This document shows, piece by piece, positions 34,293 through 46,320 of a stretch of DNA of 64,000 bases. Source of the DNA: Chrysemys picta bellii (taxonomy: Eukaryota). The position numbers were made by a program, and so were the translations under genes. Position 1 is the first letter of the stretch; the number at the start of each line of letters is the position of its first letter. The stretch lies in assembly GCF_011386835.1 (NCBI RefSeq), contig NC_088794.1, positions 6,076,001 to 6,140,000 on the forward strand. The letters are read 5' to 3'. The notes beneath the pieces were generated by a model that was given only the letters and a program-made list of their open reading frames with translations, was not told the origin of the DNA and ran no database searches.

Positions 34293-34668
34293 CATAGAAT
34301 CATAGAATATCAGAGTTTGAAGGTACCTCAGGAGGTCATCTAGTCCAACCCCCTGCTTAAAGCAGAACTAATCCCGAATTAAATCATCCCAGTCAGGGCT
34401 TTGTCAAGCCAGGCCTTAAAAACCTCTAAGGATGGAGATTCCACCACCTCCCTAGTAACCCATTCCAGTGCTTCACCACCCTCCTAGTGAAATAGTTTTT
34501 CCTAATATCCAACCTAGACCTCCCCCACTGCAACTTGAGACCATTGCTCCGTGTTCTGCCATCTGCCACCACTGAGAACAGCCGAGCTCCATCCTCTTTG
34601 GAACCCGCTTCAGGTAGTTGAAGGCTGCTATCAAATCCCCCTCATTCTTCTCTTCTGCAGATTAAATA
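34293..34668 (-). mobile_element. CR1 3' fragment
   Basis: Begins with catagaatcatagaat (antisense of the attctatg tail), followed by ggtcatctagtccaaccccctgct. Confidence 0.9.
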
Positions 34669-35386
34669 ACATGTTATGACTTTGTCAGCAGATATCTTTT
34701 CCACAATCAGATATCTTGTCTATGTGTCATTAGACAATGATCAAGTCACCCCTCAACCTTCCCTTTGATAAGTTAAATAGACTGAGCAACATTACACTAG
34801 AATTTCACAGTTTACTGTAGAGGACAAGAAGTTCTTTGTCAAAGTGAAGCGAAAGGAGGGATCTGGCTAAGTCTGGGACTCCCTGCTGGTTCCTCAACCT
34901 GCCTGATTGCAGTCGATCCTTAGTGGTTCCACAACACAATTTTGGTTGTTATTTAACTGAGCTATTCCTACAATAGTTGCTAGGGTGTAGGATTTGTTCT
35001 CCATGGATGGCATCAGCCTCTTTATCTCTTTGTGGCTTTTTTACCTTCATAGCTGCAAGGGTCCACACAATTTCTTTAAGTGTATTTATGCCCAAAGCAC
35101 CATTTCTAAGCAATGCCTTGCAATCCATGCCCACTCAGTGTGGTGTACTGTCTCCCTCTAATGGTTGCTGGCTCATATAGGATGATAAACCTGCTACACA
35201 CTTGGCTAACCAAGGTGAGTCTTTTAGCTCAAGGAGTCGAGGCTCTTGAATTAAGCTCCAGAAGTTCCCAACTTCCATTGCCAACAATGCACCCACGGGT
35301 ATGGCATTACAACCCTGATATCCGAGAACAGCTGCCCATCAGCCCCTGCGTGAGACAGTGTTCTTCTAAATATTGTTGAATACTTT

Positions 35387-35547
35387 CAGAGTAGCAGCCG
35401 TGTTAGTCTGTATCCGCAAAAAGAACAGGAGTACTTGTGGCACCTTAGAGACTAACACGTTTATTAGAGCATAAGCTTTAGTCCACGAAAGCTTATGCTC
35501 TAATAAATTTGTTAGTCTCTAAGGTGCCACAAGTACTCCTGTTCTTT
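35387..35547. mobile_element. Penelope-like inverted pLTR insertion
   Basis: ~60-bp inverted arms around an agtccacg loop; 14-bp TSD ttgttgaatacttt (35373-35386 / 35548-35561). Confidence 0.88.
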
Positions 35548-35859
35548 TTGTTGAATACTTTGTGAACTCGTAAATGCCTGTAAATCTGCTAGCTGCTGTG
35601 AACTGAGTTTTTGACTGAGAGGTATTTTGGGCCAGACCCCCAGCTGCTCAAAGCCATCATAATGCCACCGATGCTGATTTATGGCCCCTCATATGCATAG
35701 TGCTGCCAGTGCCGTGTATTTACAAATAATGAATTAGATCCCTCCCAGAAATCATGAGATGGATGAAAAATGTCATGAAGATTTATAAATAAATGGGGCT
35801 GGGCCTGCCAGAATCCATGTCAGGGCGGGGATGAATTCTGGTAAACCTATTAGCGTGCA

Positions 35860-36788
35860 TGGTGGCTCCTTTATTATTTTTAGTAAGTTGTCCCTGTAGT
35901 GCATTTTGCCTTAGGAATACAATTGGCTTGCGTAGAAAGAGCTGTGTGGTACTTATCAGTGTAGCAACTACACCTGTTAACTGTTTCTAATGAGAAAACA
36001 AGCAGGTATCCTCAGGCATCCTGTTTGTGCTGGGAAATTCACAGTATAGGCAGGAAACTGCACAGTCCCAGTCAGAAGGGAGAGGGATGTGTATCTCCAT
36101 CCAAGAGAGGGAAGGGCTGGGGAGCTCGAAGTTTGGGACTGGGTTACCTGTAAAGGAGTAAGGGATAGCATTCCTCTGTGGTCAGAGACTGGGAGCCCAC
36201 CTGACTTGCCCGCCCCCTAGCCCTGAGAAAACAGGTGGAACTTCATTAGCTCACCTTTATATAAAAAAGGGGTTAGAACTCCGAAATGGACTGCCACTGA
36301 GTTTATCACTGAGAGGAACTGTTCCAAAAACCAAATGAACAATAGGGGAGATTGTCTGAGGAGGCCGGGAGGGCTGAAACTCTGAGGGTCAGAGTCAGGA
36401 AATTCTGTTAAGGGAATTATTGGGGTGAGAAACTGATTTGGGGAGGAGACTACTGTGCTTTCACAGGCTTTGAAGAAAGAGTCTGCCGGGGGTGGGATTG
36501 TGTTTGTTAAGAAGGTTCAGTGACAGAAACAACCTCAGTTGAAGACAGTGTCCCTGGATTCCTCGAGGAAGCACAGATGAGGGTTACCCCAGAGAGTGAG
36601 TTGACCTGGCAGAATGCAGCTTAGTCCGACAGGAGGAGGGCGCTGTAAGATAGGCCTGATCTATCACAGTGCCCTTGCTGGGACGTTGAGGGGAAACACA
36701 GATGCAGTTGCCCTAAACCGTTACAGGTAGATGCCCATTATTTTTAGTAGGTTGTCTCTGTAAGGATTTTTGCCTTAAGAATAAAACT
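35860..36788 (+). mobile_element. Cluster of LTR remnants
   Basis: 35860-36148 resembles the 3' part of 7621-8482. 36149-36725 runs tgtaaagg...ccgttaca with tatataaaa. 36733-36788 repeats ~35872-35925. Confidence 0.45.
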
Positions 36789-36984
36789 GGGGGGAGGGAT
36801 AGCTCAGTGGTTTGAACATTGGCCTGCTAAATCCAGAGTTGGTTCAATCCTTGAGGGGGCCATTTAGGGATCTGGGGCAAAAATCTGTCAGGGATGGACT
36901 TGGTCCTGCTGTGAAGGTAGGGGACTGGATTCAATGACCTTTCAAGGTCCCTTCCAGTTCTATGAGATAGGTATATCTCCATAT
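36789..36984 (+). mobile_element. tRNA-derived SINE with CR1-type 3' tail (turtle Pol III/SINE-like)
   Basis: A box tagctcagtgg (36800-36810), B box ggttcaatcc (36841-36850), then the CR1-like tail cttggtcctgct...gacctttcaaggtcccttccagttctatga. Confidence 0.85.
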
Positions 36985-37149
36985 AGGCAGGGCAATGTAG
37001 GGAAGCTTGCAGTGCCACCAACTAGACCTGCCCTGAGGACTCCATTCCCCAGGGCTGTCAGTGCTAAACTCACTTTTAATCTTTACAATGTTTCTCACTC
37101 CATGGAATTGTAAAGGGTGTTACGCAGACCCAGAGTACTCAGATTCCAG

Positions 37150-37420
37150 GATATAATGAGTATTGATCAGGGCATCACATGTATCAATAGTCAGCTTCAA
37201 AATGTAAACATTTCCATCTCGACCCACATGACTCCAAATGCACATGGATGGATTATAATTCCCTTTGAATTGCTTCAGGAGCACCTGGCCTGGATTAGAA
37301 GCTGGGGGGGGGGACAGGAGCAACGGGGGATTACATCCCAAGCGGTGATCAAAACCCAATATAAACATCTCTAAGCACAGATCCTTCTGGAGTTTCTTTC
37401 CTGGTGCTACAGGTATGTTA
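37150..37420 (+). promoter_or_regulatory. Candidate promoter and first exon of the OR at 40769
   Basis: TAATGAG 37154-37160, TATAAACA 37360-37367, donor CAG|GTATGT (GT at 37413). Motif-based only. Confidence 0.35.
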
Positions 37421-37547
37421 TCTGGTGATGGCTTTATGTGGAAGAAAAACTAATAGATGCATTTTTAATGTCATGCAAAGGTATAGTGATCTACCTATCT
37501 GTCTGCCTAGCTATCGTCTCAATAATAGAGAGAAAGAAGGCTATAAA

Positions 37548-37885
37548 AGAGCTGGTAGGAATTCCATTCCATGGGAAATTCTGACATTTTGAAATTTGTT
37601 TTCATTCCAAATTGGAAAATAAAGAGAAAAAAAAATCCTACAAAATGAAATTTTGGGGGGAAAAATGGTTTCAGGCCAAGCAAAATGTTCCATTTCAATA
37701 AAATCAAACTGATTCATTCCAATTTCCAACTTTTTAATTTTATGTTATAATAAAATACATTTGAAACTGGAAAAAAAATTGAAAAGAAAACTCAAGACAT
37801 CCCCGTCTTCTCAATTTTCCCCTTCAATTTTGTCAAAACAGCATTTCCTCATGGAAAAATGTTCTATGGGAAATTTTTCCACTAG

Positions 37886-37888
<3 letters not shown>
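37548..37888. mobile_element. AT-rich non-autonomous DNA-transposon-like element
   Basis: Imperfect TIRs gagctggtaggaa / tttccactagctc around an A/T-tract-rich interior. Confidence 0.4.

Positions 37889-37924
<36 letters not shown>
37889..37924. repeat. (AT)18 microsatellite
   Basis: Perfect AT dinucleotide run. Confidence 0.98.
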
Positions 37925-37930
<6 letters not shown>

Positions 37931-38558
37931 ACTGTTGGACCTGAGTTTATCAGCTATTTTCAGGGTGTCTTAATTCAGAAATCATTGCAGGAAAGCATCC
38001 TGCCTGCTCCTACATTCCCTCATTCCAGGAAAAATAAAAGCCTCCTGTTCCACAGATGAAATAGTATGAGTTGGAACATGGGAAAGTAGGACTATTTAAG
38101 ATGTATGGATGCACTGCAGATGCCTAGTGGGAAGACGGTATTAGAAGTACAGTGCCTGGAAGTTTAGTGCCCAGAATATCTTGGTTGATGCGGTGAATCC
38201 TTCATAATTTTTCCTTAAACAGCTGGATTGTGATAGCACTCAGACTGGTGTAAACCCACTGTGTTGCCACTGAAATCAACTGAGTTCCTCTGGATTTGCA
38301 TTGTTGTTATGGAAGTTGTCTCTAGCACATTCATCGCCTTATTTCCCCTTTGAGATGGGCGAGAGAGAAGCAGATCGTTTTTACACATCAGAGTATGATT
38401 TGGTTCAGAAAGTTGGATGGTTGGTCTTGCGGTCTCTCTAGAAATGGAACTGAGAATCGTTGAGTGCTGTCTAGCCGCTAAATGGTTTTCAGCAATAGTT
38501 CAGAGGAACCAGTTGCTGCACCCTCATCAGCAATGATGAGAGCTGAATAAGTATGTTA

Positions 38559-38803
38559 GGGTTCAGCGACACTGCAAAGAAAAACTCACGGCACAGAACC
38601 TCTGAGCCTGAGTTAACTGATTTGAGCTTGCGGGGCTAAAAAGGCTGGAGCCCAGGTTCTGAGACCTTCCCCTCTTGCCATGTTACAAAGCACAGACTCC
38701 AGCCTGAGCCCAAACTTCCACACCGCTCTTTTTAGTCCCGCAGTCCAAGCCCTGTGAGCCTGAGTCCATTGACTCCAGGTCTTTTATTGCAGGTTAGATA
38801 CTC
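38559..38803. mobile_element. Degenerate Harbinger-type MITE
   Basis: gggttcagcgacactgca ... ttgcaggttagatactc flanked by TTA/TGA; internally palindromic gagcc/ggctc repeats. Confidence 0.55.
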
Positions 38804-39046
38804 TGAGTTACCCATTGCTTGCTAGCTAACTTTCCTAGTGTTGTAGCTGGGGTTTCGAGGAAAGCCTGGATGATGATTATGATAATATTAATGTCTAGCT
38901 CTTACATAGCACTTTTCATCTATAGATTTCAAAGTTCATTTTTTTCTATACCTCCGTGCCTTTACATCCACAACATATGCCTAATGACACTTAGAACGTG
39001 TATACTAGTTCCCACAAAGATCTCAAAGTGCTTTACAAATGAGTCA

Positions 39047-39484
39047 TGTGGAGAAAGTGAATAAGGAAAAGTTATTTACTGGTTCCCATAATATAAGAAC
39101 TAGGAGCCACCAAATGAAATTAATGGACAGCAGGTTTAAAATAAATAAAAGGAAATTCTTCTTCACACAGAGCACAGTCAACCTATGGAACTCCTTGCCT
39201 GAGGAGGTTGTGAAGGCTAGGACTATAACAGGGTTTAAAAGAGAACTGGATAAATTCATGGAGGTTAAGTCCATTAATGGCTATTAGCCAGGATGGGTAA
39301 GGAATGGTGTCCCTAGCCTCTGTTTGTCAGAGGGTGGAGATGGATGGCAGGAGAGAGATCACTTGATCATTACCTGTTAGGTTCACTCCCTCTGGGGCAC
39401 CTGGCATTGGCCACTGTCAATAGACAGGATACTGGGCTGGATGGACCTTTGGTCTGACCCAGTATGGCCATTCTTATGTTCTTA
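39047..39484 (+). mobile_element. CR1 3' fragment inserted into a MIR-like SINE
   Basis: Matches 24686-25119; ends ttcttatgttctta. Confidence 0.92.
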
Positions 39485-39630
39485 AAACCATGTGAGCACA
39501 ATTTCCCCCATCTTACAGATGAGGCACAGGGAGGTGAAGTGTCTTGCCCACGGTCATGAAGAAAGCCAGTGGCAGAGCTGGGAACAGAAATCAGGTCCAC
39601 TAACTCCCAGTTCTATGTTCTGTCCAGTTG
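39485..39630 (-). mobile_element. CORE-SINE (MIR-like), split by the CR1
   Basis: cccatcttacagatgaggcacagggaggtgaagtgtcttgcccacggtca is an antisense CORE. The rest lies left of the CR1 (~39015-39043). Confidence 0.7.
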
Positions 39631-39929
39631 CTAATAGACACGTGCCAACATCATTTTTTCCCCGCAGAGATTCATAGAGTCTAAGGCCAGAAGGGACAAT
39701 TGTGATCATCTAGACTGATCTCCTGTATATCACAGGCTAGAGAACTTCCCAAAATAATTCCTGGGGCATATCCTTTGGTATTAATAACACCCCTTATGAG
39801 TGGCATACATTACCCTTCTTTGGGAACTTGCAACAGACAATAAAAGGACTAAATAAAACTCTCCTCTTCTCGGATGACTATAAAAACATTGACCGTAGCT
39901 AAGCAGATGGTGTGCTACAGCCACTGCCT

Positions 39930-40130
39930 ATCATCTCGTTGCTTCCTTGTACTCCTCCATCCATCAGTCTGCACCCACCTGTTGTCTATTGTCTTGTACT
40001 TAAATTGTAAGCTTTTGGGGGCAGGAACTGGTTTTTTTTTGTTCTGTTTTTGTACAGCATCTAGCACAATAGATTCTGGTTTATGGTAAGGTTCCTGGAT
40101 GCTACCTAAATAACTGTCATAATAATAAAT
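39930..40130 (+). mobile_element. L2-type 3' tail
   Basis: ttaaattgtaagcttttgggggcagga...gtacagcatctagcacaat...ataataataaata. Confidence 0.65.
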
Positions 40131-40156
40131 AGTCCATGAAGTCTTGATCCCTCTTG

Positions 40157-40378
40157 GAGGATAGATCCATCAATGGCTATTAGCCAGGATGGGCAGGGAT
40201 GGTGTCCCTAGCCTCTGTTTGCCAGAGGCTGGGAATGAACGACAGGGAATGGATCACTTGATGATTACCCATTCTGTTCATTCCCTCAGGGGTACCTGGC
40301 ATTGGCCACTGTCGGAAGAGAGGATACTGGGCTAGAGGGACCTTTGTTCTGACCCTGTATGGCCGTTCTTATGTTCTT
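40157..40378 (+). mobile_element. CR1 3' UTR fragment
   Basis: ccatcaatggctattagccaggatggg...ggccgttcttatgttctt. Confidence 0.9.
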
Positions 40379-40768
40379 TAGAAGTGATCCTTCTGAAACA
40401 AAGTGGAGTCAAGCTGAGGAAATTGGTTGGGATAAACTTACATTGTCATTGTCCATACTGTAACACCTTCCCAGAACCAGAGCATATTGCAGCCAAAGCT
40501 AATGTTACTACCGTAACTTTTATAAATCAATCAATAAATCAGTCAATCTACCCAGCTCCTTAAGTGGGCTCTCACCACTTCAATATCTGAGCAATGAATA
40601 CATGACTATAAAATACAATAGAAACAAATCAGTAGTCTTGGGCTTGTTTTAGTTCCTTCACACCAATCATTTGATCATGTCTGAGGCTGTGTTGGAGCTA
40701 AGGAAGCAACTCTGATGGTGTTGTATAGCTCCTAAGATTTTTTGCCTCCTTTTCCCCCTTGAGTTTAG

Positions 40769-41725
40769 ATGCTTTTGATGATGCCCAGAGGAAATGAGAG
40801 CACCGTGTCTCTATTTCTGCTGCTGGGATTCTCCAGTCTGGAAGAGCGGCAGGTTCTGCTTTTCCTGGTGTTCTCCCCGGTGTACGTGATAATCCTGACC
40901 TCCAACATCACCATCATGGCAGCCATCAGTGTTGATCGGAGCCTCCATACCCCCATGTACTTCTTACTCTTCGCTTTGTCCTTCTCGGAAACCTGCACCA
41001 CTATGGCTGTCGTCCCCAAGCTGCTGGTGAGTTTGCTGTCGGGAAACCAAACAATTTCTTTCCTGGGATGCGCTGCTCAAATGTTCTGCTTCTTTGGCTT
41101 CGGGGGCACAAATTGTTTCCTGCTGTCCGCCATGGCTTACGATCGCTATGTGGCCATATGTAAGCCGCTGCAATACCCAGTTGTGATAAACAGGAGGGTT
41201 TGCGTTGAGCTGGTCGCCGTTTCATGTGCAACTGGCTTTCTTATAGCACTAGGCATCAGTTCCCTTATATTCAGTTTGCCCTTCTGTGGGCCCAATGCCA
41301 TCAGACATTTCTTCTGTGACATCTCGCCCGTTCTGAGGCTGGCGTGCAGTGACCATCATATCATTGGGATTGCCATTGTTTTTCTGTGTGCCTTTGTTTT
41401 GCTAGGCACCTTCACAGGAATCATCCTCTCTTACATCTATATCCTCGCCGCCATCCTGAAGATCCACTCTGCCACAGGCAGGCGCAAGACCTTCTCCACC
41501 TGCGCCTCCCATCTCATCGTTGTGATCACACACTTCAGCTGTGCTTTTTTTGTGTATTTAATACCCAAATCAACTGCTTCCCTAGATGAGGACACTTTGA
41601 TTGCCTTGTCTTATACCTTGTTTAGTCCTATGTTGAACCCTGTGGTTTATAGTCTGAGAAACAGGGAAGTTAAATCAGCCCTAAGGAAATTAACTACCCA
41701 CACATTTCTTTCTCCAAAAATGTGA
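40769..41725 (+). CDS. Olfactory receptor, class II, OR10-family-like, 318 aa, intact
   Basis: [37 protein letters not shown] and PMLNPVVYSLRN motifs; sequon NES. The TM6 string VVITHFSCA and LSFSETC resemble OR10-type receptors. A polypyrimidine tract + TAG lies directly before the ATG; the true start may be Met1, Met4 or Met5. Confidence 0.95.
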   Translation: MLLMMPRGNESTVSLFLLLGFSSLEERQVLLFLVFSPVYVIILTSNITIMAAISVDRSLHTPMYFLLFALSFSETCTTMAVVPKLLVSLLSGNQTISFLGCAAQMFCFFGFGGTNCFLLSAMAYDRYVAICKPLQYPVVINRRVCVELVAVSCATGFLIALGISSLIFSLPFCGPNAIRHFFCDISPVLRLACSDHHIIGIAIVFLCAFVLLGTFTGIILSYIYILAAILKIHSATGRRKTFSTCASHLIVVITHFSCAFFVYLIPKSTASLDEDTLIALSYTLFSPMLNPVVYSLRNREVKSALRKLTTHTFLSPKM

Positions 41726-42275
41726 AAAGTTGCAAATTTCGGTACTTCTAATATATCAATGACTTCTGCATGATGTCACTGTTGCCCATGGTATGGTCTT
41801 CAAGGCAGTGACCTCGTCTTTCTCTTTGTCGGGGCATCAAGAGCACCTGTGGGTCAGTATAAATAATGGACAGTAAAAGAATATTGTTGCCTCTTATTCT
41901 GAAACCAGCACTGCCCCTCTGTCAATGTCTGGGGCCTTGCAAGTCAAATTCCCGGCAGCAGTTAAATCTATGACGCAGAGTCTGGCTGTATTCTGAGTGT
42001 AACTTGCTTTATTCACACATATATATACCAGCCCTGAAATGAGATGGTCAAACAACATGCAGGGCCATCTCTTATTCCAGGAATCTCATCCCAACACTGA
42101 TACCCAGGGAGCAACTCTGCCTCAAAAATTGACTTTAATCAGAGACCAAACTCTCCTGCCACTCACACAACTCCCATTCCCCCCAAATCTGCATCTACAA
42201 CCAAAGCCTTACTTTACCCAAAGATGATAACAACACCGCATGTTCCCCTCGAGTCAAAACTTGCTTGCACACTAA

Positions 42276-42574
42276 GAGGATGTTTACACTGGCACTGGAG
42301 GTGTAATTTTCAGCTAGGGTAGACATACCCCTTCTAGCTCTGATCAAGCTAGCATGCTAAAAACAGAAGCATAGCCACGGTGGTGCGAATGGCAGGACGG
42401 GTTAGCCGCCCCGAGAATGATCTCATTTGAAACCCTCGGCATGTAATCGGGCATAAGCCCTCATGCTGTCTAGGCTACACTTCTATTTTTAGCATGCTAG
42501 TTCGATCAGAGCTAGAAGGGGTATGTCTACCTGAGATGGAAATTATACCTACCAGCTTTAGTGTAGACAGACCC
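42276..42574. mobile_element. Harbinger-type palindromic MITE
   Basis: Outer TIRs gaggatgtttacact / agtgtagacagaccc, TAA/TGA flanks, and an inner ~52-bp inverted repeat (42318-42368 / 42479-42530). Confidence 0.8.
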
Positions 42575-43629
42575 TGAAAAAAAGAACGGAGACCAGGTAC
42601 TACAGCACCACCTGATGATACCCGCATAACAATACTTTTTCTCTCCTATTTTTTTCATCTCTGTATATGTATAAGTGCAAAGTGTTATTATGGCCAGTCA
42701 GTGGCAATGGAGGAGTTCCTGACTTCTAGCCTTTTAATCAACATGACACACAGGCAGCTCAGTACCTTTCCCCCCACAAATACACAGATCTTTGCTGGAA
42801 TGGAGGCATCGGTATTTGAAATATCAGGGAAGGCGGCTGAACAACTGCCACAGTTTGAGGTTTAAATATAGCTGGTGGATTTTTTCCCACAGGAAAAAAA
42901 GGGATAAACTTTTTTTGTGAAACATTTTCCCCCTTTTTTGACCAGCTCCAGTTTTTGTCAATAGACAGCCCCGCCCGCCCTTCTCCCATCTCCCCGAGAT
43001 AACTGCCGATATCCCAGCACCACCATTTCCTCCCATGTAAATATTATAAAGGAAAATAACCTCTTAAAGCTCCCTGCTTCCAATTCTTGACCCCAGTGCA
43101 TCACTTTGCTTGTGTGAGTTGAGGACCAGGGGGTATTTGCTTATGCCACTAAACTTGTTAAACTGAAAAATAACTTCAAATTATTATTTTTTTTTCCCAA
43201 AAGATCAGGGTGAAATTAAAGGCAATTTATGGTCCTAGACAGATCATGACATGTTCCTTCCCCCTTCCCCGTAAACTCACCCTCCACTTGGAATGGTGAT
43301 GACGAAAGTGTCATCCCCTTCCAGAGAGGCAAGGCTAATGCATTTTCTCACCCAGGAATAGCATTGTGTTCATCCGTCCCTCTCTAGGGGAGCATCAGGA
43401 GTTTCCTCTGCCCCTAGAGATGAAGGGGTGGTGGCAGGACACCCCCCCACCAGTACATACCCCAGCAGCTAGAGTGTATCTGTTTTTGAAGAGAGCAAGC
43501 CAACTGAATTCCTCCATTCTTGCCACACACAGCTCCCTGCTGGGATGGGTTGGCATGGCTCCCAAAGCAGTGTGTCCTGCCGTTAACATCCCATTCAGAT
43601 GCATGGGGCAGGTAACGGAATAGACCCAT

Positions 43630-44420
43630 GTTCACACACTACACGGTATTGTTATAATGCTTGTACAAGGTTTGCCTTGTGAGGTATTAGTTAAAAACTC
43701 ATAACTTGCTGATGAATATCATGGCAAAATGCACATGGCATCATTACATGTAAAGTTAGGAACATAAGATGAAATCATGACTCAAGCATGTTTCCCAGAT
43801 AAGTCCAGGGAGTAGCTAAACCACTTCCTCAGAGACAAAGGGCAAGCTGATACTTCAGGGATCAAGTCTGACTCAACAAGGCTGATAGACCATTACCTGC
43901 CAAGTGGCCATTCTTTGACAAGGAAAGGGGCAGGGATAGAAATCTACATTTTAGCAAAGAAACTGCATGGAGTTTCCTTTCTTCACCAGACTGCCTGTCA
44001 CCTTTCTCCTAGCTGGAAATGCTTCTCAATGGGGGGCAGGACTATAAAAATAAGGGGCAGACACCCCAAGACTCCCATCATCTCTCTCCCTGTCTATCTC
44101 TGGCATCACACCTAAGAAGATAAAAGAAAACAGCCACTGGACTAACGGGGAGGGATCCAGACCTAAGAGTTTGGTCAGTAATAGGTTGGAGTCTGTAGTG
44201 AGAAACTTTGTTTGAATCTAACCTAGTTTATTAAGTTAGGCACTAGTAACTATTTTATCTTTATTTTTCTTATAACAGTTTGTGACTTTTCAGCCTCATT
44301 ACTTGTACTCACTTAACATCTATCTCTTTGTAATTAATAAACTTGTTTTACTGTTTTACCTAGTCCAGTGTGTTTAAATTGGAGTGTCTGTCTATTCTAT
44401 TTAAAATAATAAGATGGCAT
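43630..44420 (+). mobile_element. LTR (Gypsy/ERV type), ends eroded
   Basis: TATAAA at 44043, AATAAA at 44336, and a T-rich U5-like tract. Boundaries approximate; no TSD. Confidence 0.6.
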
Positions 44421-45159
44421 GTACTTGGTGGATCAGACAGATGCTCATGAGAAAGAGGATAAATAAGGTGGGGAAGGAAAACGTCACATGAGGGAGGGTG
44501 TGACAGCAGGAATACAAGTCTCCTATCCCAAATATTCAGGATTTAGATGAAGCAGGGCCAGATGGTGATATCATCTGGTTCCTTCTCTCTGGCTTGGTCT
44601 GGTCAGGACGTCTTTCAGGATCAGGACGATGAAGGCTCAGTTGTGTCATGGTGGATGCCAGAGGATGATGGAGGTGGCAGCCATAATGCTAAAGCTCAGG
44701 AGGCCTTCCAACCCACTTGTCCCCGTGCTATGATGTAGTGACCCCACCCCCAGATAAACAGCATCCATTGAGGGATGGATACTACATCCCTGGATCATTA
44801 ACCTATCCGAGCACGTTTGGGTGGATTCAACTATAAACATTTCCTCCTATTTGTAGAATCTTTCAGCTCATTGCAGTGCCAACCCATGACTTTACCAGGT
44901 GCCTTGCAGACCCCTTAGTGCTGCTCCTTTAACCCAACCATCCAGTTCATAGCAGTCTCCGTGTCTCCATCTTTTGCTGACTTTCATACACAATTGTATG
45001 TAACAAGCCGAGCGGGATTCCTGTTACCTGGGATATCTTAGATTTCATGCATCTGTGCAATGTGGGGCTGGCTCCATGACTGGGGGCACCAGGCAGGAGA
45101 GCTGAGACTGTGGCCCCGTTTTGCCAAGCACTGTACCAGCACATGTTATAGGCAAGTCC

Positions 45160-45300
45160 CCAAATTGCTTATAATATAAATAAGCAAAGGCAGAGAGAGG
45201 GAAATAGATTTCCTGAAGGTCATACAGCAGGTCAAAGTTAGGAGTAGATTCCAGGTCTCCTGGCTCCCAGCCCAGTTCCTAATCCACTAGACCTGTTAGC
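45160..45300 (-). mobile_element. Degenerate MIR-like SINE
   Basis: ggcagagagagggaaatagatttcctgaaggtcatacagcagg...ccaggtctcctggctcccag resembles an antisense CORE/head. Confidence 0.4.
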
Positions 45301-45499
45301 GTCTCAGGTTTTTTCAATGATTTTGTAAAAATCCTCTATTGCTACATCAATTGCAGTAAGAGCATAGGATAAGCCTGTATTAGTATGTCTAAGGGCTTGG
45401 GTGGTTTGGCTTTTGACCTAAGAATTGTGTAACCTCTCAGAATTTAGGTTAAGCGTATTCGTATAAAATTGGTGCTTCCAAAAAATCCTCCAATATCAC

Positions 45500-46320
45500 C
45501 TACGATGCTACATCATGCAAAAGTGTTTTGTTGGGGCCTACTTGAATCATGCCATCCGGTGGGATAGGGTTCAATGCCGGACAGATAGTAGGTGAGGAGT
45601 ATGTACAAATGGTCAGGTTGTAACATCGTATATCAGTACAATGTAAACGTTTAACGGGGTGTACACAGGATTCCTGACAATAGAGTCCCTCCATCCCAGG
45701 TTCCCACCGCAGAGGAGGAACATCCGTCCATCCCACATTTACAAACACTGTTAGGTTAATAAAAAGTGCCCAATCCTCCCACAAACATTCACACCAATAC
45801 TCTCCCAACCCATTAGCAGCCTCATAAATGTTGTGAATCTTGACCGATCCATCCGAGGCCCTGGAAATAGAATGGTTTGTTTGTTCTAGAGGAGTGTCCG
45901 TAAATTAACACTCTGTCCTTTGGTTCCACTCCCAACTTTCTGTGGTCTTGTACCCTGAAATTGGGGGTCCTATATGAGTGGGCCCACATCCCATGAAGCT
46001 AAATACCCAGTAACAGTCCAGATTCGGTGAGATGCAGGGAGGGAGCCAAAGACTGCTCCCGGACTGTGGTAGTTGAATTGGGACCTCAGAGCTTGGATGT
46101 TTTTGGAGGCGAGCTGTAACCACAATAGGTCCCAGGTGATCTGGCTGAGAGGTAAGCCAGATGTCTGGCTTTTTTTTACCCATTCGCTGCTGCCTCTTGT
46201 AGGAAGTTGCACATACTGACCAGCTTTGAAGCAGGTATCTTGTGTGACATGTACCAAAGGCGGGTCCCAGGAGGCTGCATCAGGTATATTTACCAAGAGG
46301 ATTAACATGGGGAACCACAT
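45500..46320 (-). pseudogene. Decayed Cys/Trp-rich, N-glycosylated viral-envelope-like reading frame (tentative)
   Basis: One frame is open from 46279 to 45503 except for a single TAA at 45905-45907. A hydrophobic MWFPMLILLV start sits at 46320 in an adjacent frame. Sequons NHS, NLT x2, NKT. Confidence 0.35.

Noticed and set aside
36789-36860. Possible tRNA gene
   Set aside because: It continues directly into a CR1-type tail and lacks a complete cloverleaf; it is a SINE head.
44430-45150. Possible 3' LTR belonging to the env-like frame
   Set aside because: It looks LTR-like, but it is separated from the frame by a MIR-like SINE and has no definable ends or polypurine tract, so I cannot link the two.
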